From positions 288,001 to 352,000 of the forward strand of contig JAYFMW010000003.1 of assembly GCA_042408215.1 (NCBI GenBank): a stretch of DNA of 64,000 nt, in the 5' to 3' direction. The notes under the pieces are model-generated. The model was not told the DNA's origin, searched no databases, and saw only the letters and a program-made list of their open reading frames with translations. The position numbers were made by a program, and so were the translations under genes. Position 1 is the stretch's first letter; each line of letters starts with the position of its first letter. This DNA is from Microcoleus sp. (lineage in GTDB: Bacteria > Cyanobacteriota > Cyanobacteriia > Cyanobacteriales > Microcoleaceae). This document shows positions 39,675-48,634 of the stretch, piece after piece.

Positions 39675-40121
39675 TCAGGTTGATAACAAACCTTTTCCCA
39701 CAATCTCTCTAATTTCTCTAACAAATTCTGCTGGAGTTTGAATGCTCAACCCGCTTTGTGCAGCAACTTCAGCCGTAAAATCCTTAGTATTTAAGCTCAA
39801 AAGGCGATCGACATTTGCCAAAACAGCCGCAGCTAAAATCGGGGTATCTTTAGCTTCAATAATAGCCGCCCACCGCGATGATTCTTCTAGTGATGGATCG
39901 GGTAGAATTTCCGGGTTAATAGTAGCTAGCAACTCTGTAAAAATTGGCAAAGCGGCAGGTATCTTTTTGCGTATATTGCGATCGCACTCCTCCAAAACTT
40001 GCTCAGATACAACCAACTTAAAAAGACCTATTTCCGCCATTGTCAGCACAGCACGACTAGCTCCAGTTCGCGATCCGCATCCGGCAATTAACACGCTGGA
40101 ATCCGCAAATATCCTACGCAT
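39675..40121 (-). CDS. PIN-domain toxin
   Basis: IFADSSVLIA, V.EE, KDTPILAAA and LSLNTKDF motifs. Confidence 0.85.
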   Translation of the reverse strand: MRRIFADSSVLIAGCGSRTGASRAVLTMAEIGLFKLVVSEQVLEECDRNIRKKIPAALPIFTELLATINPEILPDPSLEESSRWAAIIEAKDTPILAAAVLANVDRLLSLNTKDFTAEVAAQSGLSIQTPAEFVREIREIVGKGLLST

Positions 40122-40420
40122 CAAGACTGTTTCTCCTGCCAAATCGCCTCTCTCTCAGCTTCTAAACCCACCAATAAATCAGTCAATTCCAGATTTTCAT
40201 TTTCCATAATAGTTGCAATCCGATCGATTAGTTGCGGAGCTTGAGGTTGTTTGGGAACAAGCAAAATCAGATTACCTATTTGGAGTAGCACCAGCATATC
40301 TCCCTGATTAACATTGAGAGAATCTTGTAATAACTGGGGAATGGTAATTTCCCCTCCCTGTCCCAGAAGAATCTGGAATTGTTGAATTTCTAGATCCGTT
40401 TCTTGTGAAGTTATTGTCAC
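40121..40420 (-). CDS. AbrB/MazE-like antitoxin
   Basis: GQGGEITIP..LQDSLNVNQGD; coupled to the PIN gene. Confidence 0.75.
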   Translation of the reverse strand: MTITSQETDLEIQQFQILLGQGGEITIPQLLQDSLNVNQGDMLVLLQIGNLILLVPKQPQAPQLIDRIATIMENENLELTDLLVGLEAEREAIWQEKQS

Positions 40421-40566
40421 GACCTTAACCTCAGCCTTTAGTGTTTGAATTTCAAGACTTCCTATTATAGCAATTTTTGGGCATTTTTTGTGAAACTCCC
40501 CTGGAAGTTGTCATTACTACGTTAAGCTGCTACCGTTAACATAGACGCATCGTAGGAAAACAACCG

Positions 40567-40767
40567 ATGACACTAACAGAATTACTCCCTACCATTAGAC
40601 AACTGTCTGCGATCGAGAAACGAGAGTTAATCCGCATTCTAATGGCGGAAGAGGATATCAGTGATGAACGCGCGTGGAAGGCTCAATTTGAAGCTACAAC
40701 AGATGCTCAGTGGGATAGTCTAACTGAAATAGTACGTCAGGAAATCGCTGCTGATATAATACTTTAA
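40567..40767 (+). CDS. Small antitoxin-like hypothetical protein
   Basis: MTLTELLPTIRQLSAIEK.ELIRIL; agga RBS. Confidence 0.5.
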   Translation: MTLTELLPTIRQLSAIEKRELIRILMAEEDISDERAWKAQFEATTDAQWDSLTEIVRQEIAADIIL

Positions 40768-40852
40768 GTTCTAAGTATTAGGCTTAAGAGCGATCGCCCT
40801 TACCAGAAAAAAGCCCGTGAAGCGCAGCTATCCCGTAGGGAATCGCCCGCAG

Positions 40853-41248
40853 CTACCAAATCGTTTTAACGTGAGGATAGCTCAGAATTTTCTCATCGCA
40901 AGTAACCAACGAAATATCATACCGCCGCGCGATCGCTACTAAAATGCGATCTGCTGGATCTTTGTGAAAATCCCCTGGAAGTTGCGTACTTTCGATCGCA
41001 TCCAGCGGATTTAATGGCTCAATAACTATACCTGAATGAGTTCTAGCTTGTGCGTACCACTGTGCTATGGGCAACGGCAAAGTAAGCTTCCCCAGACTCG
41101 ATTTCACGGCTATTTCCCAAACGGAAATTGCAGAAACCAATAAACCGTTTTGGCTTTCCTCAGCCTCGATCGCACGATTTGCCGCCACAGACAAATTACT
41201 CGGATCGTGCAGCAGCCAAAGCCAAATATGTGTATCCAGTAAAATCAT
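40853..41248 (-). CDS. vapC: VapC family PIN toxin
   Basis: LLDTHIWLW, SAISVWEI, HKDPADR and LVTCD motifs. Confidence 0.9.
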   Translation of the reverse strand: MILLDTHIWLWLLHDPSNLSVAANRAIEAEESQNGLLVSAISVWEIAVKSSLGKLTLPLPIAQWYAQARTHSGIVIEPLNPLDAIESTQLPGDFHKDPADRILVAIARRYDISLVTCDEKILSYPHVKTIW

Positions 41249-41493
41249 GTACCCAGCGCATCCCATAAATCTGACATCGGCTCATCAAAATCCTCGGCAA
41301 TTACCAACGGCATCCCGCGCAGAGGATAATGCTTTTGCGCTGTCAATCCAGCACTCGAAATCTCAGCTAAATCGATAGACAGAGAAGGCTCATACTGCGA
41401 CAACCGTGTCTGACGCAAAAAACTCAATAGCACCTGAAGTACATCATCTGATGCTTGCTCAATCTCATGGATTAGTTCTTCCCGGATTGTCAC
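41245..41493 (-). CDS. DUF2281-like antitoxin
   Basis: C-terminal LRG...IAEDFDEPM; overlaps the vapC start. Confidence 0.75.
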   Translation of the reverse strand: MTIREELIHEIEQASDDVLQVLLSFLRQTRLSQYEPSLSIDLAEISSAGLTAQKHYPLRGMPLVIAEDFDEPMSDLWDALGT

Positions 41494-41708
41494 GATCGCA
41501 CATTCTCCTTACTAGACCTCATTAACCATTATATCCCAGAGGAACTTTATGCCATCCCACCACCTACGATACTTTTGGTGCTGGTGCAGCTTTGATGCAG
41601 TTAGGACTTACACATGGGGCCCAGAAACCGGGTTTTTTCCCAAATCTGCGGGTAACAACGAAGTATTCGTAAAAAAACCCGGTTTCGAGGAGTCGGAAGT
41701 ACGCCCTC

Positions 41709-42373
41709 TCATTCCATCACATCATCTGTTGCAGGTTCACCAGGATAAAAGCGATCGCTAAAAATGTCTTCCAACCCATACGGACAATTCTCTGGAAAAG
41801 TTTTTCGCGGCAGATTTGTTTCTCCCGAAGCTAATACCATTCCTTTGACGTAATACCAATTTAATGAGTCGTTGCACATATCTCGATCCCCCTAAATCCC
41901 CCTTAATAAGGGAGTAGGGTGTGAGTAGGGGTTGACGAAAGAGCAGAATCTTGTTCCCCCCTTATTAAGGGGGGTTAGGGGGGATCAGATTCTATGCAGC
42001 CTCATAAAAAACTGATGTAAGCTGTCTGGAGAGCTTCTTGTAGGTAAGGTTTAAGACTTGGATTCTCTTTGAGTAATTCTAATAAATCGAGCCGCTGGAT
42101 GCAAATTGTATTCACCCAACTGCGACTTCGTTGCGATACTTGATATTCCCATTTAAGCAAATGTCCAATCAAAATACTCAAGGGATTTCTTAATTCGGCG
42201 CGTTGTTGTTTTCCCAATGACTCAATCTCCTCGATTAAATTAGGTAAGTCAAGTTGACTCCATTCTCGATGTTTGAGGAGTTTTGCTTGTTCCTCAGTCC
42301 AAGCATAAAAATCAGTTTCATAAAGACTTTGTATTAAGGTTCCCGGTATTTGTCCAGTTTGTGGTGTTTCCAT
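41709..42373 (-). pseudogene. DUF29 family gene split by a MITE
   Basis: LYETDFYAW..HLLKWEYQ..ENPSLK..QTAY, then the insert, then YVKGMVLASGETNLPRKTFPENCPY..F*. Confidence 0.85.
41851..42019. mobile_element. MITE of the same family as 21411-21593
   Basis: Reverse-complement similarity; TA at both ends; interrupts DUF29. Confidence 0.8.
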
Positions 42374-42543
42374 AAAAATATCAAAATTTAGCGTTATTTC
42401 CTTAATTATACTTAACAGCTTCATGAACCGGCTTATTTCTTAGTCTCGCCTTGCGCGGACTTCGTTTTTGTAGGGGCATCCCCCCGTGATTGCCCCGGTT
42501 TCCACCGCCGAGTCATAAAGGGGGTAACTTTCCCCAAAAACCC

Positions 42544-44055
42544 CTATCCCAAAAACAACTTATAAGCCGGATTCTGACTCTCATCCCCATACTGATAGCC
42601 CAGGGTATCCAAAAAAGCCTGCCACTCCTTCATCTCATCAGGCGGCACCTGAATTCCCACCACAATTCGCCCGTAATCAGCCCCATTATTCCGATAGTGA
42701 AAAACGCTAATATTCCAGTTAGGACTCATCGAACCCACAAACTTCATCAACGCACCCGGACGTTCGGGAAACTCAAAGCGATAAAATAACTCATTATCTG
42801 CCAACAAAGAACGGCCGCCCACCATATGCCGCAAGTGCAATTTAGTTAATTCATCATCAGTTAAATCCAAAGTTTTGAAGCCACAATCTTCAAAACTTGC
42901 AGCTATTTTCACCGCATCCGCACGATTTTGAATTTGGACCCCGATAAAAATATGCGCTGCTTTCTCATCCGCAATTCGATAGCTAAATTCAGTTAAATTG
43001 CGTTGACCAAGACACTCGCAAAACCTGCGAAGACTTCCCGGTTGTTCGGGAATTGTGACTGCAAAAATAGCTTCGCGGCGTTCGCCAAACTCCGCTCTTT
43101 CTGCTACAAAACGCAGGCGATCGAAATTCATGTTCGCACCGCAAGCCACAGCAATTAACGTTTCTCCTGCGATTTGTTCCCGTTCGACGTAAGCTTTCGC
43201 ACCTGCGATCGCCAAAGCGCCAGCCGGTTCTAAGATCGATCGCGTCTCCTCAAAAACATCCTTAATCGCCGCACAAATATCATCCGTATCTACTAAAATA
43301 ATCTCATCCACATACTCCTGACAAAGCCGAAAAGTTTCCTCCCCGACTTCCCGCACAGCCACGCCATCCGCAAATAAACCAACCTGGGATAAACGCACCC
43401 GTTTACCCGCTTTCAAAGACTGATTCATCGCATCGGAATCGACAGGTTCGACACCAATAATTTTAATGTCCGGCCGCAACCGTTTCACATAAGCCCCAAT
43501 TCCAGAAATCAATCCACCGCCGCCAATTGCCACAAAAATCGCATGAATTGGTTTTTGATGTTGTCGCAGAATTTCCATGCCGATCGTACCCTGTCCCGCA
43601 ATCACATGGGGATCATCAAAAGGGTGAACAAAAGTCATGCCTGTTTCCGCCTCTAATTGGCGCGCAAAGGCGTAAGCATCATCGTAAGTATCACCATGCA
43701 AGACCACCTCTCCACCACGGGCTATGACCGCATTTACCTTGACCTGGGGCGTAGTTACGGGCATGACTATGACCGCGCGAGTTCCCAGGTGGCGGGCGGC
43801 GAGGGCGACTCCTTGGGCGTGATTGCCGGCAGAAGCTGCGATCGCCCCTTTTGCTAGCAACTCCGGCGAAAGTTGCGCCATTTTGTTATAGGCACCGCGC
43901 AGTTTGAAGGAAAACACAGACTGCATATCCTCTCGCTTCAGCAGGAGTTTATTGTTGAGTCGCGCTGATAGATTGGGGGCGGCTTCTAGGGGGGATTCTT
44001 GGGCTACATCGTAGACGCGGGCGGTGAGGATTTGTACTAGGTAATCGCAAAGCAT
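42544..44055 (-). CDS. ilvA: Threonine ammonia-lyase, biosynthetic
   Basis: SFKLRGAYN, SAGNHAQG and two C-terminal regulatory repeats. Start MLCDYL. Confidence 0.96.
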   Translation of the reverse strand: MLCDYLVQILTARVYDVAQESPLEAAPNLSARLNNKLLLKREDMQSVFSFKLRGAYNKMAQLSPELLAKGAIAASAGNHAQGVALAARHLGTRAVIVMPVTTPQVKVNAVIARGGEVVLHGDTYDDAYAFARQLEAETGMTFVHPFDDPHVIAGQGTIGMEILRQHQKPIHAIFVAIGGGGLISGIGAYVKRLRPDIKIIGVEPVDSDAMNQSLKAGKRVRLSQVGLFADGVAVREVGEETFRLCQEYVDEIILVDTDDICAAIKDVFEETRSILEPAGALAIAGAKAYVEREQIAGETLIAVACGANMNFDRLRFVAERAEFGERREAIFAVTIPEQPGSLRRFCECLGQRNLTEFSYRIADEKAAHIFIGVQIQNRADAVKIAASFEDCGFKTLDLTDDELTKLHLRHMVGGRSLLADNELFYRFEFPERPGALMKFVGSMSPNWNISVFHYRNNGADYGRIVVGIQVPPDEMKEWQAFLDTLGYQYGDESQNPAYKLFLG

Positions 44056-44221
44056 GGCGTTAGCAGTTGTTAGATGCGGGATCGTGGGATAATTGTACGG
44101 TATTTGTGTTAGTATTTTGCGGGGAATGGGCGATCGAGTCGCACTCAGGTGGATTACGATTACAATAAAATCAGCGTTAGATAGCAAAAGCGCGAAAATA
44201 TATAAAACATACAATCTGGGT

Positions 44222-44499
44222 ATGGAATTTGAATGGGACGAAATCAAAGCAGCTATCAATCTCAACAAGCACGGTGTAAAGTTTGAAGAAGCAAAGACAG
44301 TTTTCTACAATCCGCTTGCCGTAATTTTTGATGATGAAAAACATTCACAAGATGAGCGCCGTGAAATTATCATCGGTCACTCTCAAAACAATCAGTTGCT
44401 GCTAGTCAGCTATACTGAACGTGCAAATACAATCCGTATCATTAGTGCCGTCTAGCCACTATAAAGGAACGTGAAGACTATGAAGAAAACGCCTTTTAA
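44222..44499 (+). CDS. BrnT family toxin, with a one-base frameshift near 44446
   Basis: MEFEWDE.KA..N..KHGV.F...IRIISA; restoring one C gives ISARLATIKEREDYEENAF*. Confidence 0.8.
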
Positions 44500-44722
44500 T
44501 GAATCTTCAAACTCGGAAGATGAGCTTTTGCCGGAGTACCGCTTCGACTACAAAAAAGCAAAACCCAACCGTTTTGCAAATCGCAGTGGAAAGCAACAAA
44601 TGACAGTCGTTGTTTTGGACGAGGATATTGCCCGGATTTTCTCAACACCGGAGGCAGTAAACAAGGTGCTTCGGGCGCTGATTGAAGCGATGCCCCAAGC
44701 AAGTAGTGGGGAAACAGTTTAA
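44480..44722 (+). CDS. BrnA-like antitoxin
   Basis: DELLPEYRFDY..AKPNRFA...VLDEDIA..F...VNKVLR. Confidence 0.75.
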   Translation: MKKTPFNESSNSEDELLPEYRFDYKKAKPNRFANRSGKQQMTVVVLDEDIARIFSTPEAVNKVLRALIEAMPQASSGETV

Positions 44723-44757
44723 AGTCCTAAAATAATGACTTTCTCTAGGTAAGACTT

Positions 44758-44972
44758 ATGCTAGACAAAACTCCTTTACTCGATCGCATTACTCAAACTC
44801 CCGGTAAATGTGGAGGCCGTCCCTGTATCCGAGGCATGAGAATTCGAGTTAGCGACATTCTAGAAACCCTAGCAGATAATGAGATCATGTGCCTGCTAGT
44901 GAAATTTTGGCAAATTTTCCAGATTTAGAACCTGAAGATATCCAAGCTTGCTTGCTTTTTGCTACAGGATGA
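44758..44972 (+). pseudogene. DUF433 antitoxin-like gene, frameshifted
   Basis: RITQTPGKCGGRPCIRGMRIRVSDIL, then a shifted frame EILANFPDLEPEDIQACL. Confidence 0.75.
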
Positions 44973-44990
44973 ATAGCTGAGAGATTTAGA

Positions 44991-45017
44991 ACCCCGACTT
45001 CTTGAAAAAGTCGGGGA
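44991..45017. terminator. Hairpin between convergent genes (same family at 55836-55861)
   Basis: ccccgactt cttgaaa aagtcgggg. Confidence 0.55.
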
Positions 45018-45058
45018 CATAGACCCATAAAACCCGCCATTTCCCACTCTGCATATAT

Positions 45059-45628
45059 CTAATCTGGCCGTGCGAAACCCGTTCTAGGATCGTTGATAAA
45101 CAACCCTAAAACTAACGATTCCATCACCGTATCCCAGACAGGAGTCAAACGCTCTGCATCATCAACCCAGTAATCAAAAGTAATCAAACACTGAACATTA
45201 GAACCCAATCCAACACAGATTCGCGAATAAGCTTCCCGCTGTTCTGGAGGGTCAATAAACTTGAATTGAGTCCAAACAATGCGGGCAGTTTGCCGCTTCA
45301 ATTGTATAATTTCCCCCATATCGAACGGATTTCGGCTATCCTCTTCGGCCACCTGCTTTAATAGCGGATCCAACGGAAAATCGGCCCAGTTTCCGGGGGG
45401 AAGCAAATTAAACGAAACCTCTAAACAACAATCATCATCCGGCGGCTTTTTGTCCGTAAACCGGAACGACTTTGTATCCGGTTCAAAATGCCAATCTTCG
45501 GGGACATCAAAACGGACAGCACCTCTTCCTGCGACAAAGATGCGAGTTCCAGGTTTTGATGTCCAGTTATGATTTTCATTGAGTTCTAGGGTTTCCTTGA
45601 TCCATTCTTGCTTTTTGCGCTTAGACAT
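45059..45628 (-). CDS. Hypothetical protein
   Basis: 189 aa ATG-started ORF with globular composition. Confidence 0.75.
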   Translation of the reverse strand: MSKRKKQEWIKETLELNENHNWTSKPGTRIFVAGRGAVRFDVPEDWHFEPDTKSFRFTDKKPPDDDCCLEVSFNLLPPGNWADFPLDPLLKQVAEEDSRNPFDMGEIIQLKRQTARIVWTQFKFIDPPEQREAYSRICVGLGSNVQCLITFDYWVDDAERLTPVWDTVMESLVLGLFINDPRTGFARPD

Positions 45629-45809
45629 AAACAGAACACGAAACTGCTGCTAAGGTTAAGTTTTAGACGTTGTAAGAATATATTAACCCTATTTGGATCG
45701 CCCTTTGCTCAAATAATAACAATCCTTACAAAAATTATGAATCCCTCTCTTCTCCATTCCTCTGTGTTCTCAGCGCCTCTGCGGTCAAAAAATAATTCCC
45801 TTTCACAAT

Positions 45810-46676
45810 TTACAAATGTTTATTTTTTCCTTGAGGAATCACATACCTAATACCGCCTTTATTTCCCGTCGCATCCCCTCGGTAGCGTGGGATAATATGA
45901 ATAGCAGCATGACTTCGACTTTGACCCCCATCTTTATTAATATTTATCCCCACATTAAAACCATCAGGATGAAACTCTTTCTTTAAAAAATCTTGTACTT
46001 TATTCGCCATAAACCAGCAAGCAGATTGTTCTCGAAACGGGAGATCAAAATAATTAGCAACATGACGCTTCGGGATAATTAAAACATGACCTTTGCTGGC
46101 GGGATAACCATCAAACATAGCATAGGCTGTAGCAGACTCAGTTAGTAAAGTTAGATGTTTGTGCGGGTTGCAAAAAATGCAATTGTTAGCTGAATTTCTT
46201 TGATGATTGTAATGGACATATTCGTAGATTTCGCAATACTCATCTAAGTGCGCTGACTTAAATGGAAGTTTGACTATACACTGATAGGTCGGTTTTTTGT
46301 GGACGTAATGTTCTCGAAAGCCTTCTTTTTTGAGATCCCTTCTCACGGCAAAATATGCTTTACCTCCCGGTTTCAACAGGTGCGAGACTTCCATGAGGAC
46401 ATTAGCTTGTTCTTCGGGAAACAAAACATTCAAAACATAAAAACAAATTATTGTATCAAATTTATTTTTGGGAAATCCCGGGAAATAATAAGGATCATAA
46501 CCTGCAATATCAAATCCTTTTTGCTGCAATAATTTAACATCATTGCCAAAGCCGCACCCAAAGTCTAAAATTTTCCCTTGCAGCAAGTTTTTATCTAATA
46601 ATTGTTTTGCCGGAAATGACAGGTAAATTCTTTCTATTGCCGTCAGGTGGCTGAATTTATTTTGCTGCTTTTTCAT
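45810..46676 (-). CDS. Class I SAM methyltransferase fused to a HIT-family domain
   Basis: LDFGCGFG; CIFC..GHVLIIPKRH..GFNVGIN..HAAIHIIPR. Confidence 0.85.
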   Translation of the reverse strand: MKKQQNKFSHLTAIERIYLSFPAKQLLDKNLLQGKILDFGCGFGNDVKLLQQKGFDIAGYDPYYFPGFPKNKFDTIICFYVLNVLFPEEQANVLMEVSHLLKPGGKAYFAVRRDLKKEGFREHYVHKKPTYQCIVKLPFKSAHLDEYCEIYEYVHYNHQRNSANNCIFCNPHKHLTLLTESATAYAMFDGYPASKGHVLIIPKRHVANYFDLPFREQSACWFMANKVQDFLKKEFHPDGFNVGININKDGGQSRSHAAIHIIPRYRGDATGNKGGIRYVIPQGKNKHL

Positions 46677-46832
46677 GGTAGCATAAATTTTATTCTATGA
46701 TTTATATTAGTCCTGGACGCACTAATCACCTAATTATGTCATTCTGAGGGAACCGAAGAATCTCAAACCCTTGCCACACAGTTACAATGCGTAATTTCTG
46801 TATATTATAGATGGTGTTTACCAATTATTTAC

Positions 46833-47864
46833 ATGAATTTTTGTAGCGACAATGCAACGGGTGTTTCCCCGGAAATTATGGCCGCGATCGCAGCGGCTAA
46901 TTGTGGTACTGTTTTATCCTATGGAGATGATGAATATACGCAAGGTTTGCAAGTTAAGTTTTCCGAACTGTTTGAGACATCGGTGACTGTTTTTCCGGTC
47001 GCGACTGGTTCGGCTGCTAATGCTCTGGCGCTTGCGGTTGTGACGCCTCCTTACGGTGCGATTTATTGTCATGGGGAATCTCATATTAATCTTGATGAAT
47101 GCGGTGCGCCGGAGTTTTTTACGGGCGGTGCAAAGTTGGTGACAATAACAGGAAATCATGCTAAAATTGAGGCAGAGACTTTAGGAAAAATTCTCGACAA
47201 GGCTGGTGTAGGTGTCGTCCACCATGTACAGCCTGCCGCCGTCAGCCTCACTCAAGCAACGGAAGCTGGAACTGTCTACAATCCTGCGGAAATTTCGCAG
47301 ATTTCGGAAGTTGTTCGTCGCCACAATTTACACCTGCATATGGATGGTTCTCGCTTTGCTAATGCTGTGGCTAGTCTGGGCTGTTCTCCTGCGGATGTGA
47401 CTTGGCGGGCTGGTGTTGATATTCTCTCGTTTGGAGCGACGAAAAATGGGGCAATGGCTGCGGAAGCTGTGGTTTTTTTTAATGGAGAATTGGCAAATAA
47501 TTTTCCTTTTTACCGCAAGCGCAGCGGGCATCTGTTCTCGAAAATGCGGTTTTTGTCGGCGCAGTTGTCAGCTTACATAACGGATGATTTGTGGCTGATA
47601 AATGCGACTCATGCAAATAAGATGGCGGCTAAGTTAGCGCAAGGTTTGGCGGGTGTGGAGGGAGTGATTTTTTGTCATCCTGTCGAAGCTAATGAAATTT
47701 TTATTCAACTTCCCGAATCTGTAATTGCGGCGGTTTTAGCTGAAGGATTTCAGTTTTATCGGTGGGACAGCGAAACTGGATGTACTGTGAGACTTGTCAC
47801 GGCTTTTAATACTCAGGAAGCTGATGTTATTGCTTTGGTGGAATCTGTTAAACGCCATCAGTGA
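46833..47864 (+). CDS. ltaE: Low-specificity L-threonine aldolase
   Basis: NFCSDN, TGSAAN, HMDGSRFANA and SFGATKNG motifs. Confidence 0.85.
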   Translation: MNFCSDNATGVSPEIMAAIAAANCGTVLSYGDDEYTQGLQVKFSELFETSVTVFPVATGSAANALALAVVTPPYGAIYCHGESHINLDECGAPEFFTGGAKLVTITGNHAKIEAETLGKILDKAGVGVVHHVQPAAVSLTQATEAGTVYNPAEISQISEVVRRHNLHLHMDGSRFANAVASLGCSPADVTWRAGVDILSFGATKNGAMAAEAVVFFNGELANNFPFYRKRSGHLFSKMRFLSAQLSAYITDDLWLINATHANKMAAKLAQGLAGVEGVIFCHPVEANEIFIQLPESVIAAVLAEGFQFYRWDSETGCTVRLVTAFNTQEADVIALVESVKRHQ

Positions 47865-47871
47865 TTTTTTT

Positions 47872-48612
47872 GTAGGGGCGGGTTTTACGAATAATATCTA
47901 ACGAGTACCAACCATCTAGATAAACCCGCCCTCCACAACAGATCGCCCACATCAACATTAAATTTGCATCGAATGCGGAAAATGTACATTGTGATTTTTC
48001 CTTGGGTGGGGGCGGGTTTGAGAGATGGTTTGTTCTGGGCAATTATTGTTGGTGAAACCCGCCCCTACGGTTGAAATATCAAACATATATGCGAGGGTTT
48101 TTCCTTGGGTGGGGGCGGGTTTGAGAGCTGGTTTTTTCGGGGCAATTATTGTTGGTGAAACCCGCCCCTACGGTGGAAATATCAAACATATATGCGAGGG
48201 TTTTTCCTTGGGTGGGGGCGGGTTTGAGAGCTGGTTTTTTCGGGGCAATTATTGTTGGTGAAACCCGCCCCTACGGTTTAATAGATTCAGCAACGGGTTT
48301 TGCGCTATCAGCGACAAGACGCTCTGTGTTGTTTATGTTATTATCGTTGAATTAGGTTGAAATATCGAAACCAGTCTGAAGAGGGGAAATAAGCATCGAA
48401 CTTAAAAAATATACCAAATTAGTATCAAATGTGAAAAATCTACGCGATGATTTACCGTTGGGTGGGGGCGGGTTTGAGATATTGTCTGTTATTAACAATT
48501 ATTGTTGGTGAAACCCGCCCCTACAGTTTATTATCGTTGAATTAGGTTGAAATATCGAAACCAGTCTGAAGAGGGGAAATAAGCATCGAACTTAAAAAAT
48601 ATACCAAATTAG
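47872..48612. repeat. Array of ggggcgggttt..aaacccgcccctac palindromes (three tandem units of about 104 nt plus singles) and an 85-nt direct duplication (48338-48422 / 48528-48612)
   Basis: Directly visible. Confidence 0.9.
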
Positions 48613-48634
48613 CGGGATTAATCGGAGGACAGCT

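Noticed and set aside
44056..44268. Long N-terminal extension of ilvA in the ORF track (likewise clpB, DnaJ, permease)
   Set aside because: Recognisable homology starts at downstream ATGs, and the ilvA extension overlaps the divergent brnT.
35955..46676. Prophage or classical integron
   Set aside because: No integrase or phage structural genes are present and I recognised no canonical attC sites.
4424..47864. thrC, ilvA and threonine aldolase in one window as a threonine cluster
   Set aside because: They are far apart, differently oriented and separated by unrelated genes, so probably coincidental.
47996..48277. CRISPR-like 104-nt periodicity
   Set aside because: Whole units are duplicated, and the hairpin is a dispersed REP-like family also seen at 10574 and 13144.
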